A stretch of 64,000 nt of DNA, taken from contig NC_086382.1 of assembly GCF_036588685.1 (NCBI RefSeq), positions 50,261,378-50,325,377 of the forward strand, written 5' to 3'. This stretch comes from Mytilus trossulus (Eukaryota). The position numbers and the translations under genes are program-made. How positions within the stretch are numbered: the stretch's first letter is position 1; every line of letters begins with the position of its first letter. The notes under the pieces were generated by a model, which was given only the letters and a program-made list of their open reading frames with translations, made no database searches and had not been told where the DNA came from. Of this stretch, positions 11,700 to 25,384 are shown in pieces.

Positions 11700-12920
11700 A
11701 AATGAAGTGGATGTAAGCAATTATTGGTTTGTTTTTTCTAAAAAACTAGTAATTACGATGCGAAATATGTTCTTGTTACCCCCCTTTGGCCGATCATTTG
11801 ATATTCTCGCATAACTGATTTTGAATTGTGTTCACTCCACCTTTAGTTTTAAAGTGAATTCTTTTTCCTAGTCATTACATTAGAATATGTTAGAGTAATC
11901 AGATCGAAATACATGCTATTAATCATATGTAAATAATTTAGTATTTTGTATTTTGTCTTCATGTATGTCATTATTATTATTTAGTTTTTATAGGCTAGCC
12001 TAAAGGGAGTGTTTCATTCCTTAGGTGTTTGAATTTTCAAGGGAGTGTTTCATCCTTTGGATTCATCAGTGTATATATGTCTCTTTAAGGTACTCTACTT
12101 TTAGGAGAGATTTCCGTGAGTATCTCCTAAGTAGATCTAGCAGCTGAAGAAGTGTTTTATTCTTCCTGCTTGGAGTTGAACTTTCAAGAGAGTGTTACAT
12201 CTCTTGGGTTTAACCACATCTGTAACTTGTTTGGTTTTGTTTGGCGGGCTAGTTTGGCGGATATTTAATTTTTGTGGCCCGCCTTAATTTATATTATTCT
12301 AGTTTAACTGAATAAGTATTAATATTTGTATATGTATTGGTAATTGTTCTTTATATTATTGTAATTCATGTATGTAAAGATTTATGTTTTCGGCCAAATA
12401 AATTTATATTATTATTACAGTCTTTTATGAAGCCAAGAAGTAATTGGTTTGTTTTTTCTAAAAAACTAGTAATTACGATGCGAAATATGTTCTAGTTACC
12501 CCCCTTTGGCCGATCATTTGATATTCTCGCATAACTGATTTTGAATTGTGTTCACTCCACCTTTAGTTTTAAAGTGAATTCTTTTTCCTAGTCATTACAT
12601 TAGAATACGTTAGAGAAATCAGATCGAAATTTACCCACCCGCCCTCTCCTTTTTTTTTTATTTTTGTCAAATTTCTAGTTTATTTATTTTATTTTATTTT
12701 TGCATTTTATGCATCAGTAACTTATGTGGCGGATATTTAATTTTTGTGGCCCGCCTTAATTTATATTATTCTAGTTTAACTGAATAAGTATTAATATTTG
12801 TATATGTATTGGTAATTGTTCTTTATATTATTGTAATTCATGTATGTAAAGATTTATGTTTTCGGCCAAATAAATTTATATTATTATTACAGTCTTTTAT
12901 GAAGCCAAGAAGTAATTGGC
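11700..12920. repeat. tandem segmental duplication (about 700-bp unit, 1.7 copies) in intron 1
   Basis: 11700-11900 matches 12420-12640, and 12240-12440 matches 12720-12920. Confidence 0.7.
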
Positions 12921-13677
12921 ATCTGTACATGTAAGGCTTATATATGACAACAAGAAAAATCCATGCTGTTTAGTCTGCTATAAAAGTCTCCAAACATGAA
13001 AAATTAGAAAACAATTCAATTCAGCAAACACTGAATTACAGACTCTTTGATTGGTTATTAACTGCGCCCTGGTGTGTTGTTGTAGCATGCTTGCCTCAAG
13101 TGCAGGAGATTGTGGGTTTGAAACCAAGAAGTATAACACAAAAGACTTTATTATTGGGTATTTGCTTCTTTTCTGTGATGCAACCGCATTAAAAAAATAA
13201 GAACAAGGACTGGTTTACCCTGAGTAAGAATTATGTGTTAAGGGTATACTGAGATGATCTGATTAATAGGGTAAAATTAAATAAATCAAGAATTCAAAAT
13301 TGATACTTTTAGCTTGAAGAGTATTAGTTCAGGATCAAAATAAGCTAAAATTGATAGGTCATGTAGCTCTTTTCAAGATATTTGACTTATGAAATATGGC
13401 AGAAAAAGGCTGACTTGGACTTTAACATTATATATGCAATGGTATTTTTTAGGTCTCAAATCAAAAGGAAGAAAATTAAGAATCTGCTTAAATTTTGTCA
13501 AATAACCTTTTATGAGCTATTAAGTCTCATGTAAAAAAGATAGATAGGTGTTATTGGGCAAAATATTTTACCTTGTTTGTATGGAAAATCACATTCAAGG
13601 AATCTGAACATTTGACACAAATTTCAAAACCTCCCTAATGGCTACATGTCTTCCGTAGAGACTCATTATCATCTTTA

Positions 13678-14275
13678 TTGTCTAGCTTGTTATATGTTTC
13701 TGGTTTATTTACAGAGTACACATGTTGTTTGTAATGACCCAGAAAAGGCAGATATCAGTTACAAATGTAAAATGGCCACAAAGTATGGATTACCAGTAGT
13801 GTCACTTGATTATATCCATGATTGTGTAGACCAGGGGAGATTACTCAATACAGATAATTACATCCTTGTTGTCTAGTTTGTTATATGTTTCTGGTTTATT
13901 TACAGAGTACACATGTTGTATGTAATGACTCAGAAAAGGCAGATATCAGTTACAAATGTAAAATGGCCACAAAGTATGGATTACCAGTAGTGTCACTTGA
14001 TTATATCCATGAGTGTGTAGACCAGGGGAAATCACTCTGTTGTCTAGCTTGTTATATATTTCTGGTTTATTTACAGAGTACACATGTTGTATGTAATGAC
14101 CCAGAAAAGGCAGATATCAGTTACAAATGTAAAATGGCCACAAAGTATGGATTACCAGTGGTGTCACTTGATTATATCCTTGATTGTGTAGACCAGGGGA
14201 GATTACTCAATACAGATAATTACATCCTGGTTGGAAAGACAAAGTCACAAGAATTCAGCAGTGGCAAAGTACCAG
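13678..14275 (+). repeat. PARP4: tandem triplication of a unit comprising the intron 3' end (acceptor) plus the BRCT-coding exon
   Basis: Units begin at 13678, 13869 and 14039. Each has ttatttacag followed by AGTACACATGTTGT... Only copy 3 continues to a GTAAGT donor (14276). Copy 2 is truncated and copy 1 ends without a canonical donor. Confidence 0.75.
14077..14275 (+). CDS. PARP4: PARP4-like exon 2 (BRCT: STHVVCNDPEKADISYKCKMATKYGLPVVSLDYILDCVDQGRLLNTDNYILVGKTKSQEFSSGKVP); alternative upstream copies at 13715-13864 and 13906-14035
   Basis: Phase 0 in, phase 1 out. Matches human CTHIILDNADV...IREKRLLDVKNY. Confidence 0.6.
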
Positions 14276-14282
14276 GTAAGTA

Positions 14283-14810
14283 TTTATGCCCCTGCCATAG
14301 GGGAGGGGGCAATAAAATTTACCCTTGTCTGTCTGTACCTCAGTCCATACATACATGTAGGTCCCACAGTTGCTTTCCGTTCTCTAACTTTATTTTGCCT
14401 CAACCAACTGTTATGAAACTTATACACAATGCTTAATACCACCAATTACAGATCAAGTTTGAATTTTGGTGGTGTCACTTTAACTTTTCTAGAGTTACAA
14501 ATGTATGCCCCTTTACGAATGAAAACATTTCTGAATTTTTGTTTCCATTCTCTAACTTAAGTTTGCCTCAACCAAATAGTATGAAACTTTATAATACACA
14601 ATGCTTATTACATGTACAACAAAATACAGATCAAGTTTGAATTTTGGTGATGTCACTTTAACAGTTCTAGAGTTATGCCTCTTTACAAATGTTATAAAAC
14701 TTATTACTACAAACCCAGATCAATAACAAATTTGGAAAGTATCACTTTTGCCATTCTTCAGTTATGTCCCTTCATATGATATACAAGTGGGGGCATAATC
14801 TGTGTCCCAT
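14283..14810. mobile_element. non-autonomous element with termini TATGCCCC...GGGGCATA and internal tandem repeats of about 180 bp
   Basis: tatgcccctgccatagggg at 14283 and gtgggggcataatc at about 14800. Internal units at 14380-14760. Begins 8 bp after the exon-2 donor. Confidence 0.45.
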
Positions 14811-15358
14811 GGACACGTTCCCAATTTATTTATTTTTAAATTGGATAATTATTAAAAACAAAAGAAGTTTTTATCGGTATTTCTCGTTAACTTATTAACT
14901 TTTAACTTGGGTTGGCATATCTTTTATCATTTTTCTGTGACATGAAATTGTGTAACCTGATAAAAAGGTATACCAAGGAGAGTACATCAGCCTCCCTCAA
15001 TAGGAGATCACTCTGACCTACATTTAACATTTTATCTACAATCACATCTTGTAGAATAAAGTAGACTCCATGAAAATAAATGACTCTAAACTAGATTTTA
15101 TACTTCAATGACTCTATTTAGTTTTATCTCCAAAGTCATAGGTTTAAAGTTTCCTGATATTATATGAAGAATTGTTTGGTTATATATGTATAGGAATGTA
15201 GCAGTATCTGGCAAAAAGGGCACTAAATTTTACATTATAATTTATTTTGTAGACAATAAGTGACTTTTGGTTCAAGGGGAGATAAGTGCTGTTATATGTA
15301 TCTTCAGTTTTGATAAATTAATTTATTTACATAACCCTGTTACTGTATTATTTTGTAG

Positions 15359-15501
15359 CAAGCAAGTATCAAAGTAAAGATGTGACAAAGAAGAAAATCA
15401 AAATAGATCCCAAAGGTGTTAAAGTGTGGCACCCTGGTAATAAAAATTCACCTGATTACAATGAGGAGAAATATGAAGTGGCCAAGTTTGCTATGTTTCA
15501 G
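15359..15501 (+). CDS. PARP4: PARP4-like exon 3
   Basis: ASKYQSKDVTKKKIKIDPKGVKVWHPGNKNSPDYNEEKYEVAKFAMFQ. Acceptor tttgtag, donor GTAATA. Phase 1 in, phase 0 out. Confidence 0.6.
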
Positions 15502-16432
15502 GTAATACTATTTACCAATTATCACAATTTGATATTTGTATTAATTCATACATGATACATAATGATTGCAGTGAGTGCTATTAAAGCAATGTATTTTGAT
15601 TTTTTTCAGATTAAATTTCTTGTAATTTTCAATTATTTTTTAAGAGGCCTATTCTTTTTAGTTTAAAATAATGGAGAATGCAAAGGAACAATTGTTGTAT
15701 AGTTTGATCGGCCTTACTCTGTTACATTTGTATGTCAATCTGTGTTTAAGGAGGCTCCTGGGTACAAAAATTTTAGCAAAAAATTAAACCTTTACTTTTT
15801 CATTACAAATTTTATTTATTACACTATAAGTTGTTACTTTATGACATGGTACAAAAAACAACCCACAAAAATGATTTGGTTTGGCCCCAGATGACTTTAA
15901 AACTTGAAAAAGCTCCAAATTATCTCCCTTTGGTGCGAAAATGCCATTTTTTGGCCTTAAATTTGAAATATCTTGTTTAACTCATCGGTGACCTATATTT
16001 TTTATTATTGTTTTCAAATAAGCTGTACATAAACTAAATTATTGTAAAATTTAAGCGATTTTTTATATTAGGTTATTTTTTTATTTCGATATTTCCTCTT
16101 TTTCTCCTATTAGTTCAACAGAAAAAAAGGACATTAACAAAAATGTATGCTTTTTCCAGAGGCAGATTTTAGCTTAAATGAACGGTGACCCCATTTTTTT
16201 ATTTCATTTTTCTTTTAAGTATATGATAAAGTTCAGTTATGAAAAAATATAGCGAAATCCTATATTAGAAAAAAAAAATCATTTATACCCAGGAGCCCCC
16301 TTAAGGGCTGGAAGTTTTTTAAAGTGTTTTAAAGAACTATAAAATAGTACCATTCTTTTTCTATTTATTAGAAACCTTTTTGTTTTATCATCCAAAATAA
16401 AATGAAGGTTCTATGAAGATTTTATATTTCAG

Positions 16433-16567
16433 AAATATGACAAGTTAAAAGAGACCACGCTGTTTTATAATTTGGAGATACATGTAGCTGAGCCGGTGGA
16501 TTTGAACAGATCAGACTGTTATAGATTCAGGATATATTCACACTATGGTTCTACACAGGACATACAG
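16433..16567 (+). CDS. PARP4: PARP4-like exon 4
   Basis: KYDKLKETTLFYNLEIHVAEPVDLNRSDCYRFRIYSHYGSTQDIQ. Acceptor tatttcag, donor GTAATG. Confidence 0.6.
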
Positions 16568-16864
16568 GTAATGCTGCACATAAATTATCAATCAATAATA
16601 ATACATTTCTTGTATTTTAAATATAATCAAAAGCATTCATCTGTTTCATAGTGGATCACAAGACCAGGTAGAGTGAGTTTTACTTTTGCACTTTAATTGT
16701 ACTAAATGTATTTAAAGATAGGGATTTTGCATTTTCAGAAAGGTATTACACTGTTGAATAGCACTTAAGATTGTATGAAAGTCATGGAAAAAGGCAATTT
16801 AAATTTTCAAAACCAAAGTAATAATCTTAAAGATGAAGTGGACAGAAAATTCACAGATTCAGTC

Positions 16865-17150
16865 TTTTTTACCTGTCCTAAGTCAGGAATCTGATGTACA
16901 GTAGTTGTCGTTTGTTTATGAAATATATACGTGTTTCTCATTTCTCGTTTTTTATAAAGATTAGACAATTGGTTTTCCTGTTTGAATGGTTTTACACTAG
17001 TAATTTTGGGACCCTTTACAGCTTGTTGTTTGGTGTGAGCCAAGGCTCTGTGTTGAAGGCCATACATTGACCTATAATGGTTTACTTTTTTAAATTGTTA
17101 TTTGCATGGAGAGTTGTCTCATTGGCACTCACACAGCATCTTCCTATATC
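16865..17150 (-). mobile_element. SINE family A copy (core gatgtggtatgattgccaatgagacaactctcc), minus orientation
   Basis: Reverse complement of the core at 17100-17140. Confidence 0.6.
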
Positions 17151-17220
17151 TATTTTTGTTATTTTTAGGAAGTTGGCAGTCAACAAAGTAACCTACCTAA
17201 TAATAAATTTTTATTTCCAG

Positions 17221-17373
17221 GAAGCTGTTGTGGAATATCGCTATATCATTACATCAGATGATGCTCTACATGTGTATGCTTATCTGTATACTGAACAGTC
17301 AAGACCTCCACGTAATATGAATGTCATTTATCAGCCAATGATGAGAAATATTGGATCTAGAAAATTTCAAAAG
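17221..17373 (+). CDS. PARP4: PARP4-like exon 5
   Basis: EAVVEYRYIITSDDALHVYAYLYTEQSRPPRNMNVIYQPMMRNIGSRKFQK. Phase 0 at both ends. Confidence 0.55.
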
Positions 17374-20300
17374 GTATATCATTTTGTTAAACAGATAATT
17401 GTATCATTAATAAAGTAAATTTTGATTTAAATAAATATATAGAAGTTTAACTTTTAAATCTTGAGAAGGACATAAGAAAGTGATGAATTCAAAGATAATG
17501 ATGCATGTTCACACAGTAATATGTGTGTGAAGAATTATTGAAATCTGTGGATGATGCTTTGATAATAAAATAAATGCTTTAAAGGGAAACTTCGCAAAAA
17601 ATCAAAAATTGATATTATGTCCATTCTGTATAAAAATGCTCAAATTTATAAATATTAAAGTTTTATTCCGCTAGATAAGAGATCACCATCGATTTTAAAT
17701 TTTGAGTATCAGTTCTCTGCCTTCCGCCATTTTGTTATCTTGTCCAAATAAAAATCCCGATATGTCTATAAACCACAAAGACACAAAACTACAGTAACCG
17801 ATGTAGTCTTTATTACGTGATGATATCTTGTCAATCGTACGATTGTTTTATCTGACTAACTAACTTGATACGGAAAATGTTCTTATTTTTTTAATAACCA
17901 TATAGTCTGTTATTTTTAAACTGTTAATATTGGAATTAGTTAAAAAGTCAAAGTTCAAATCATAAATAAGTGTTCCGTGAAAATTGTTTTCGAAAATCTA
18001 ATTCGTTCATAATTCTTTAAAGTAATATACTTTATTCAAATAAATTAGGATCTTCGCTCCACTGGTCACCCGCATGGCTTAAGGTATTACTCCCAAAGGT
18101 ATTGTGAGGGGTGTAAGGTGACACGTCCAGGTATTCAAGCGATTTCCTGTCGGGCTTGCAAGTTCATGCATCGTTTCACTTCTGTAGGTATTGATCAGTG
18201 TACACGGCCGATAACTTATAACTTTCCATTTTGAACTATCAGGTGCATTTATAATATACATCTCTGTCTTGCGTGTCCGAAAGTGATGTAATATACTAGT
18301 CATTACTTAACTCATACGCTTGTTTATAAATAAAATTTCTATTGTAAAGAATATTATTTAAAAAAAAAAAAATGATACAAAAAAAAAAAAAAAATGGAGA
18401 TATACAAATATACGCATTTTTTCCAAGGGTTAATTTGGGAAAATCAGAGACATATAATTGTATTATATGTCTCTGGGAAAATGTAATATTTACTCGTTGT
18501 CAATAGTAATGGACATAGTTGGATCATTCCAGAAATGTTGATAAAAAAAATGTGCGCACTTGTCGACGATTCGTTTATACGCCCGGATAGAAAGTTACGG
18601 AACTACAGCGCAATTTAAAATGTATACATGTATACATTGAAAGAAACATACCTTTTGTGCAAATTGGGGTAAAAGTTTTGTAAATAGACTAGTCCACGTA
18701 TACCAACAGTATGTAATCATCCAATTCGATAGACTATCATATACCAAAAGAAGAAGAAGAAGAGGACCAATTTGATTTAAATACAGGTCGATCTATAACT
18801 TGCTTTGGTTCATCGAAGTTATGAACATAGTAAAATCACAGATTTATATATCAATTAGATTGTTCTCGAATAATAGATTGTTCTCGAATAAAGAAAGAAA
18901 TTTGTCATCACCATAATTGTTCCGACATATGCACCTGGACGTACACTAATAATCCCCGAAGGATGTGAATATTTTCTAGGAAAGCTATTGAGTATTAAAG
19001 TTTCAAATCATTTTCGGGATTTATTTTCTTTCTTGATATTCAATGACAGCAAATTTAAAGAATAAACTGCTTGTCAGATATTTGTCCGCTTTAGGGGTAT
19101 TCTTGCCAGTTGAACAGACTTATAATTACATTCAAAAATAGGGAAAGATGACATTAAATTCGTTGTCTTTTGTTTTTAAACATCTTTGGTCAAATAGTTA
19201 TTAAGTATTATACGTTGTGAGACGAAGACTATTTTAATAAGGACGTCCCCGATTATGATTAAATTTGGTTGACCTTTTTCACACTTGATAAAAAAATATC
19301 TATTCGTAATTTTTCGATTCCTTTCCAAGAAGACCTTAAATTTGCTGTCAATTTTTTAAAACTTCTCAAGTAGAAAAATATTTTTTCTTTATTCGTTCAT
19401 ATTATATTCTACTTCGGTAGAGTTATCTTCAGTGAGTTCCAGTTATTAATTTATACGTGGCTTTTAAAAAGTCTAAATCTAAGTGTTCTCATTCATTTAT
19501 TTGCCTAATAAAGACAAATAAAAATACTTTGGTAAAGCTATTTATAATTTCTAAGTACTCCTTTTTATTAGACATCAATCAAGGACAAAAGGTGTAAATC
19601 ATTTTGATCGGACATATGATTTAAGTTTCCCTCTTTAACCGAAAATTGTGTATTTCTTAGTAAATTAACTTATTTAGATTCAAATAAATAATAGCACAAA
19701 ACATAATTAAATAATTCCACGGCGATCAATTTTTATTTGTCACCAACTTGAATATATATTTTAAATATGTATATTGAATGCTCCCTTGTCTTATAATTCA
19801 CTGATCCGAATAGACAGTCACACCTGGCAAAGTGTGCCCGAGAGGCGTGGTTAAATACCGAAGTGCAAATAACAATTTACCTTTCAACAAGCCATCTACG
19901 AGTATTGCCACAGAACCGTGAATACACACATCCTATCAACCAAGTCATAGCAGAGATAGTAAAAGGTCGATAAGAGTACACCAACATATTGTCTTTACAG
20001 ATTATTGTTCTTTACTTTGTTCACCTTATCAGTCCGAAAATATATTAATTAAAAATAAATTTATAACTTTTTGTGTTGTCTACAAAAATAATTCGAATAT
20101 ATACGTTTAACATAGAAAATTTATCTCATGAATATGTACAATTGAATGTCTGTGCGTTTTATCTTCTTATTATCGGATGGTTATTTAGATAAAGCATAAG
20201 TCATCGGCGCGCTTACGATTACGTTAAAATATGATTAAAAACCAAGACTTTTAATGATTGTATTTTAAATCCCGGCATGCAAAAACCAGGAGAAAACGTC

Positions 20301-20731
20301 ACGACCTACAGGAAGTAGTTAATATTTTTTCATTAAATATTGAATTTCTCCTTTATTACTGCACATATAGCGATAAAACTTTGTGAATATATATATTATG
20401 TCATAATGAACATATTTAAACCATAAGTAAAAAATCGTGAATTTTCCCTTTAATGACCATCATATACATTGAGTTTCAGAGGTATGGCCTTTTCATTGTT
20501 ATATTTGTGTTTTAGGTAATTATATCTTTTCACCAAAACACAATTTGCTTTTGGAATATACAAATCTATGAATACAAATTTAGTTGTTTTAAGCTAGTTT
20601 CATTTTAGATTTTTTTTATTGATTTTATGCCTTTTATATCAAAGAATTTCATGAAGTTTGAAGGTTCACACTTGAAGTTTGACATGATAACTACCGGGTA
20701 AGTCTGATTGCATTAAATGTAAATTTTGTAG

Positions 20732-20869
20732 ATGGTAGAAGAATATGGAATGGATACTCGTCCCTTATCTCCTTCTGTCGTAGAGTTGATGGAACATATC
20801 TGGAAAGAGGCTACAGGTGAAATTGAAGAAGTTATCAGTTCACCCTTACAGAGCCTCAAACTAGAACAG
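20732..20869 (+). CDS. PARP4: PARP4-like exon 6
   Basis: MVEEYGMDTRPLSPSVVELMEHIWKEATGEIEEVISSPLQSLKLEQ. Human counterpart is SQEVSDLVEMIWAEALGHLEHML. Donor GTAAGT. Confidence 0.65.
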
Positions 20870-20885
20870 GTAAGTATATTTAAAA

Positions 20886-21072
20886 AAGAAGATGTGGTAT
20901 GAATACCATTGAGACAATGTCTCACAAGCAACTAAATAACACAAAAAATTAATAACTACAGGTCACTGTTTGGCCTTCAACAATGAGAAAAGCTTAAATA
21001 CATAGTCAGCTACAAAAGGCCCTGAAATGACAAATATAAAACAATTCAAACAAAAAAACACAAAAACAGCCT
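20886..21072 (+). mobile_element. SINE family A copy
   Basis: aagaagatgtggtatgaataccattgagacaatgtctc. Starts 17 bp after the exon-6 donor. Confidence 0.6.
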
Positions 21073-21326
21073 AATGTATGTACAAAAAAAATGGTTCATT
21101 TAAACTATCATTATGTCAGATCCATAAAAATTATTACTAAAAAATCACATAAATTTCAAAATTCATTTATTTGACCTATTTTATCAAATTTTATCCTAAC
21201 TTTGAGTGAATTATATAAATTCATACACTGACACAGACTTATTCACTGCTCAATTACTTTAACTTTTAGTATTCAAGATCTGTATTTTATTTGTATATGC
21301 TATTTAAGTTTTTGTTACCATTTTAG

Positions 21327-21494
21327 ATAGAGAAAGCAGAAGCTATTTTATTAAAATGTAAAAATTGCGGTGACAACCAACAGAGAACAGGTCTAGTCGA
21401 TGAATTCTACAGCTGTTTGCCACATAGGAGAAAACATACACCATCAGACACAGAACTTAAAGCTTGGCTTTCTCAGAAACAAGATATATGTCAG
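21327..21494 (+). CDS. PARP4: PARP4-like exon 7
   Basis: IEKAEAILLKCKNCGDNQQRTGLVDEFYSCLPHRRKHTPSDTELKAWLSQKQDICQ. Human counterpart is AEGILLLVKAALKNGE...FYRLIPHK...KADLCQ. Confidence 0.7.
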
Positions 21495-21589
21495 GTAATG
21501 GTCGCATTTGACTGGTTAATATAAAAGAAACACTTTCTACAAAGTAATTACTATTAAAAAAAGATTGGTAGGTATCTATTTTTAATTGT

Positions 21590-22400
21590 TTATTTTTTTT
21601 CTGACTCACCTATTGCACCTAGGGGCATTATGTTTTTTGGTCTGTGCATCTATTAGTTCTTCCATCCTTCTGTCTGTTTGTCTGTCTTTGCCACTTCAGT
21701 TTAAAGTTCTTGGACAGGGTAGTTTTTGATGTAACTGAAGTCCAATCAACTTCAAAATTAGTACATGTTCTTTATGATATGATGTTATTTTAATGCCAAA
21801 TAAGAGTTTTTACCTCAATTTAGAGGTCCACTGAACATAGAAAATGATAGTGTGAGTGGGGCATACATGTACTATGGAGATATTCATGTTTTATGACAGT
21901 TTCCTTGATAGCTTACATTATGGTTTTGGTTTTGCTTATTTTTATGCCCCACCTACGATAGTAGAGGGGCATTATGTTTTCTGGTCTGTGCCTCCGTTCG
22001 TCCCTTGGTCCGTTCGTTCGTCCTGCTTCAGGTTAAAGTTTTCGGTCGAGGTAGTTTTTGATGAAGTTGAAGTCCAATCAACTTGAACCTTAATACACAT
22101 GTTCCCTATGATATGATCTTTCTAATTTTAATGTCAAATTAAAGTATTGACCCCAATTTCATGGTCCACTGAACAAAGAAAAAGATAGTGTGAAGCTCAG
22201 GTTAAAGTTTTTAATCAAGGTAGTTTTTGATGAAGTTGAAGTCCAATCAATTTGAAACTTAGTACACATGTTAACTATGATATAATCTTTCTAATTTTAA
22301 TGCCAAATTAAAGTATTGACCCCAATTTCAGGGTCCAGTGAACATGTAAAATGATAGTGCGAGTGGGGCATCCGTGTACTATGGACACATTCTGTTCAAC
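21590..22400. repeat. composite repeat (family B: ggggcattatg...gtccgttcgttcgtcc...cttcaggttaaagtt...gtttttgatgaagttgaagtccaatcaactt...ccactgaacatagaaaatgatagtg), about 2.7 tandem units of about 300 bp
   Basis: Internal repetition visible at 21630, 21950 and 22200. Contains the hairpin terminus ttatgccccacctacgatagtagaggggcattatg. Confidence 0.6.
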
Positions 22401-22429
22401 TTTATTGTTTACATCCTTTTCATTAAGTC

Positions 22430-22830
22430 TCGTGTGCAATATCTAATAAGCATATGACATTTCCATATTATTGCATAATAATTACATTAGATGTAAGTTT
22501 CATTATAATACGTTATTCTGATTGGCTAACATGTTATTCCGTAAACAATTGCATCAGACAATAACATTTATCATGCATGATGACACGAGGTCCCACAAAA
22601 AAGTGCACAGGTGAATTAAATAAAACTGGATAAAAATCGTGTTTTCATGATTTTAGCTAAAAAAAATGTAATTATTAGTATTGAATACTTCTTTTTGAAA
22701 CTTTATAGGGTTGTAAAAGCGTTGACCGTGCGTACATTTTTAGAATGAAGCGCTTCCGCGCTTCATACAAAATGTACTTCGGTCAACGCTTTTACCACCC
22801 AATAAATTTACAAAAAGAGGCATTCAATTC
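22430..22830 (-). mobile_element. MITE family C copy (palindromic core ggttgtaaaagcgttgaccg ... gaagcgcttccgcgcttc ... cggtcaacgcttttac)
   Basis: Other copies at 24935-25320 (minus), 43355-43680 (plus) and 60975-61340 (plus). Confidence 0.65.
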
Positions 22831-22925
22831 TTAATTACTTGTCTCAAGATTCATACTTTGCACTCTATAAGTATAGATCATCGGGTTTTCTGCACATTGA
22901 TATCGTAAATATCAGCCGTAAGCCA

Positions 22926-23185
22926 CAAGGCCTAAATTAATATATTGTTTGTTTCCCCAATCCCAACCCTGCCAAGCAAGGTGTGGGTAGGTAGGTAGGG
23001 AAATCATTTTTTTTTTTCCAAAAAGCCTGAATAGTATCATAGTATTGGACGATGCTGCAAGCCGAAAAATCTGAAATGAATAAAATAATTTTCGACTTAG
23101 TTTTGACAATAAAGTTTTATGAGTAGCACCGTTTTTGAAAGGTTGTTCAGGATTGGGGAAACAAACAATATTTTATTTTAGGCCC
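22926..23185. mobile_element. MITE of about 260 bp with about 35-bp TIRs
   Basis: ggcctaaattaatatattgtttgtttccccaatcc at 22926 is the reverse complement of ggattggggaaacaaacaatattttattttaggcc at 23150-23185. Confidence 0.55.
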
Positions 23186-23708
23186 AATGTGAACCTTGTT
23201 GGTGAGTGAGCTCAGGCAATGAGCAAAAAAGCTTCACATTGTGTGATATTTTACGTATCTGTTTGAAGAAAACATGATTATCAGTTTATCCTTCTTTTAC
23301 TGTTTTTTCCCCCTCCCTAAAACAGTTTTACACTTGACAAAAGGAAGCTTGATAATGTCTCCTCTCTCATTGTGACGTTGCTGATAACTATTTGTCAGAC
23401 ATTGTGATGTTGCTAATAATGTCTGCTCTTTTCTCAAAGCCATGATACAAGAAATATGGAGCGACTAAGGAGGGTGATATATGCATAGGGAAAGAGGATA
23501 AATTAACATACAGCATAGCAGCATTGGAATATCAAGCAATTGAAACATTTTGTGAGAACTAATTAAAGTAAATTTACTAATTATTTTGGTTATATAAATA
23601 AGTATCTGTAAATCTGTCAGATTTTTCACATCTTAAGTTAGGGCTATGTAGATTAAACAATTGAACATATAGCTAGGCTAAACTTTAATTTAATTTGACA
23701 TATTTCAG

Positions 23709-23873
23709 ATGATTAAAGATATGGTAGCTGTGAGTGAGTCTACAAACTGGTCGACCAGAAGTAGTACGGAGGCCAAGTATAAAGCATTACGATGTAGACT
23801 GGATGGTTTAGAGATTACAGATACAGAATATAAACAGATCAAGGAACACATTATACAGTCTCTAAAACAGTTG
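23709..23873 (+). CDS. PARP4: PARP4-like exon 8
   Basis: MIKDMVAVSESTNWSTRSSTEAKYKALRCRLDGLEITDTEYKQIKEHIIQSLKQL. Human counterpart is LIRDMVNVCETN...LAKYRALRCKIEHVEQNTEEF. The donor is taken as TTG|gtatta and is uncertain by a few nt. Confidence 0.6.
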
Positions 23874-24450
23874 GTATTATACTTGACATATTTGTGATTC
23901 AGTTATTCAGGTGTAAAATTTATTGAATTAGTGACTTGAAATTAAAAAATTACTTTGTGTGTTTATAATTTCAATTTTGACATGATTTGAGATTAATTAT
24001 GGCAATTTCTGAATAAAGCTGCATACAGATATAATTAAATTAGTTAAAGGGCTTTTTTACTTCAGGAAAACTTTATAAAATATAGATTGACATATTTTAA
24101 AAGTAAATGAAGAGATGATAAAACCATTAACAAAAGAGGGACAAAAGATACCAAAGGGACAGTCAAACTCGTAAATCTAAAACAAACTGACAACGTCATG
24201 GCTAAAAATGAAAAAGACAAACAGAAAAACAATAGTACACATGACACAACATAGAAAACTAAAGAATAAACAACATGAACCCCACCAAAAACTAGGGATG
24301 ATCTCAGGTGCTCAGGAATTAACAATTTACACAGTTGCATTATTTCTTACATGCACTACTGGATAAGGAATTATTATTTGTCAGAAAACAGTTTAGTGAA
24401 CCTTTTTATTTTATAGTACTAACAATCACATTATTTTCAGAAATGACCAG

Positions 24451-24578
24451 CTTATAGTAGAAAATATATTCTGTGTTCATCGACAAGTAGAAGAAGACAA
24501 TTTTAGGAAAGATTTGAGACCTCAGAAGTTGTTGTTTCATGCCTCAAAAGTACAGAACTTTGTAGGAATATTATCTAG
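24451..24578 (+). CDS. PARP4: PARP4-like exon 9 (PARP catalytic: ...KLLFHASKVQNFVGILS)
   Basis: Contains the catalytic His motif (human LLHGSPVQNIVGILCRG). Acceptor chosen at accag|CTT to keep phase 0; alternative acceptors exist 7-10 nt upstream. Confidence 0.6.
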
Positions 24579-24934
24579 GTGAGAACATACATATCAGAAT
24601 AGAATGTTGATTTGCATTTTCTTAAAAGCATGTACATTTTTGTAATGAAATTGAGAATGGGAATTTTTTAAAGAGACAGCAACCTTACCAAAGAGCAGAA
24701 AACATCCTAAGGTCCACCAATGGGTGTTCAATCATGCAAAAAACTAAAACTGGAAGGGGCTTTTGCTGGACCCTAAACACAAATGTGTACTAGTTTAGTG
24801 AAAATTGACGTTACACTATAACTAGGACTATTTTCAATAGATAACAGTACATTAAAGAAGTTTTTGATATGCATGGAGTAAAAAAATTAAAAAAATATAA
24901 CAGTAAGCTCATGAATATTGACCAACTAGATGAT

Positions 24935-25320
24935 CTTTCATGTTAATTATATATAATTACATTAGATGTATGTTCATTATAATACGTTATTCTGATTGGC
25001 TAACTACACATCACATGTTATTCCGTAAGCAATTGCATCAGACAATAAAATTTATCATTCATGATGACACGAGGTCCCACAATAAAGTACACAGGTGAAT
25101 TAAATAAAACTTGATAAAAACCATGTTTTCATGATCCTAGCTAAAAAATGTAATTATAAGTATTGAATGCTTCATTTTGTAACTTAATAGGGTTGTAAAA
25201 GGGTTGACCGTGCATACATTTTTAGAAGCGCTTCCGCGCTTCATACAAAATGTACTTCGGTCAACACTTTAACACCCAAATAAATTTACAAAAAGATGCA
25301 TTCAGTTCTTAAATAATAAG
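24935..25320 (-). mobile_element. MITE family C copy
   Basis: Near-identical to 22430-22830. Confidence 0.65.
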
Positions 25321-25384
25321 AAAAAACACATAACATGATATGCCTCAATACTCAATTACTCAATATACTGTGGGTATTATTAGT

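Noticed and set aside
13646-14436. ORFs 13646-13876 and 13885-14436, read as one long protein with three BRCT repeats.
   Set aside because: The ORFs read through intronic acceptor sequence of the duplicated units. The splice-aware model uses one copy. Use of more than one copy cannot be excluded without RNA data.
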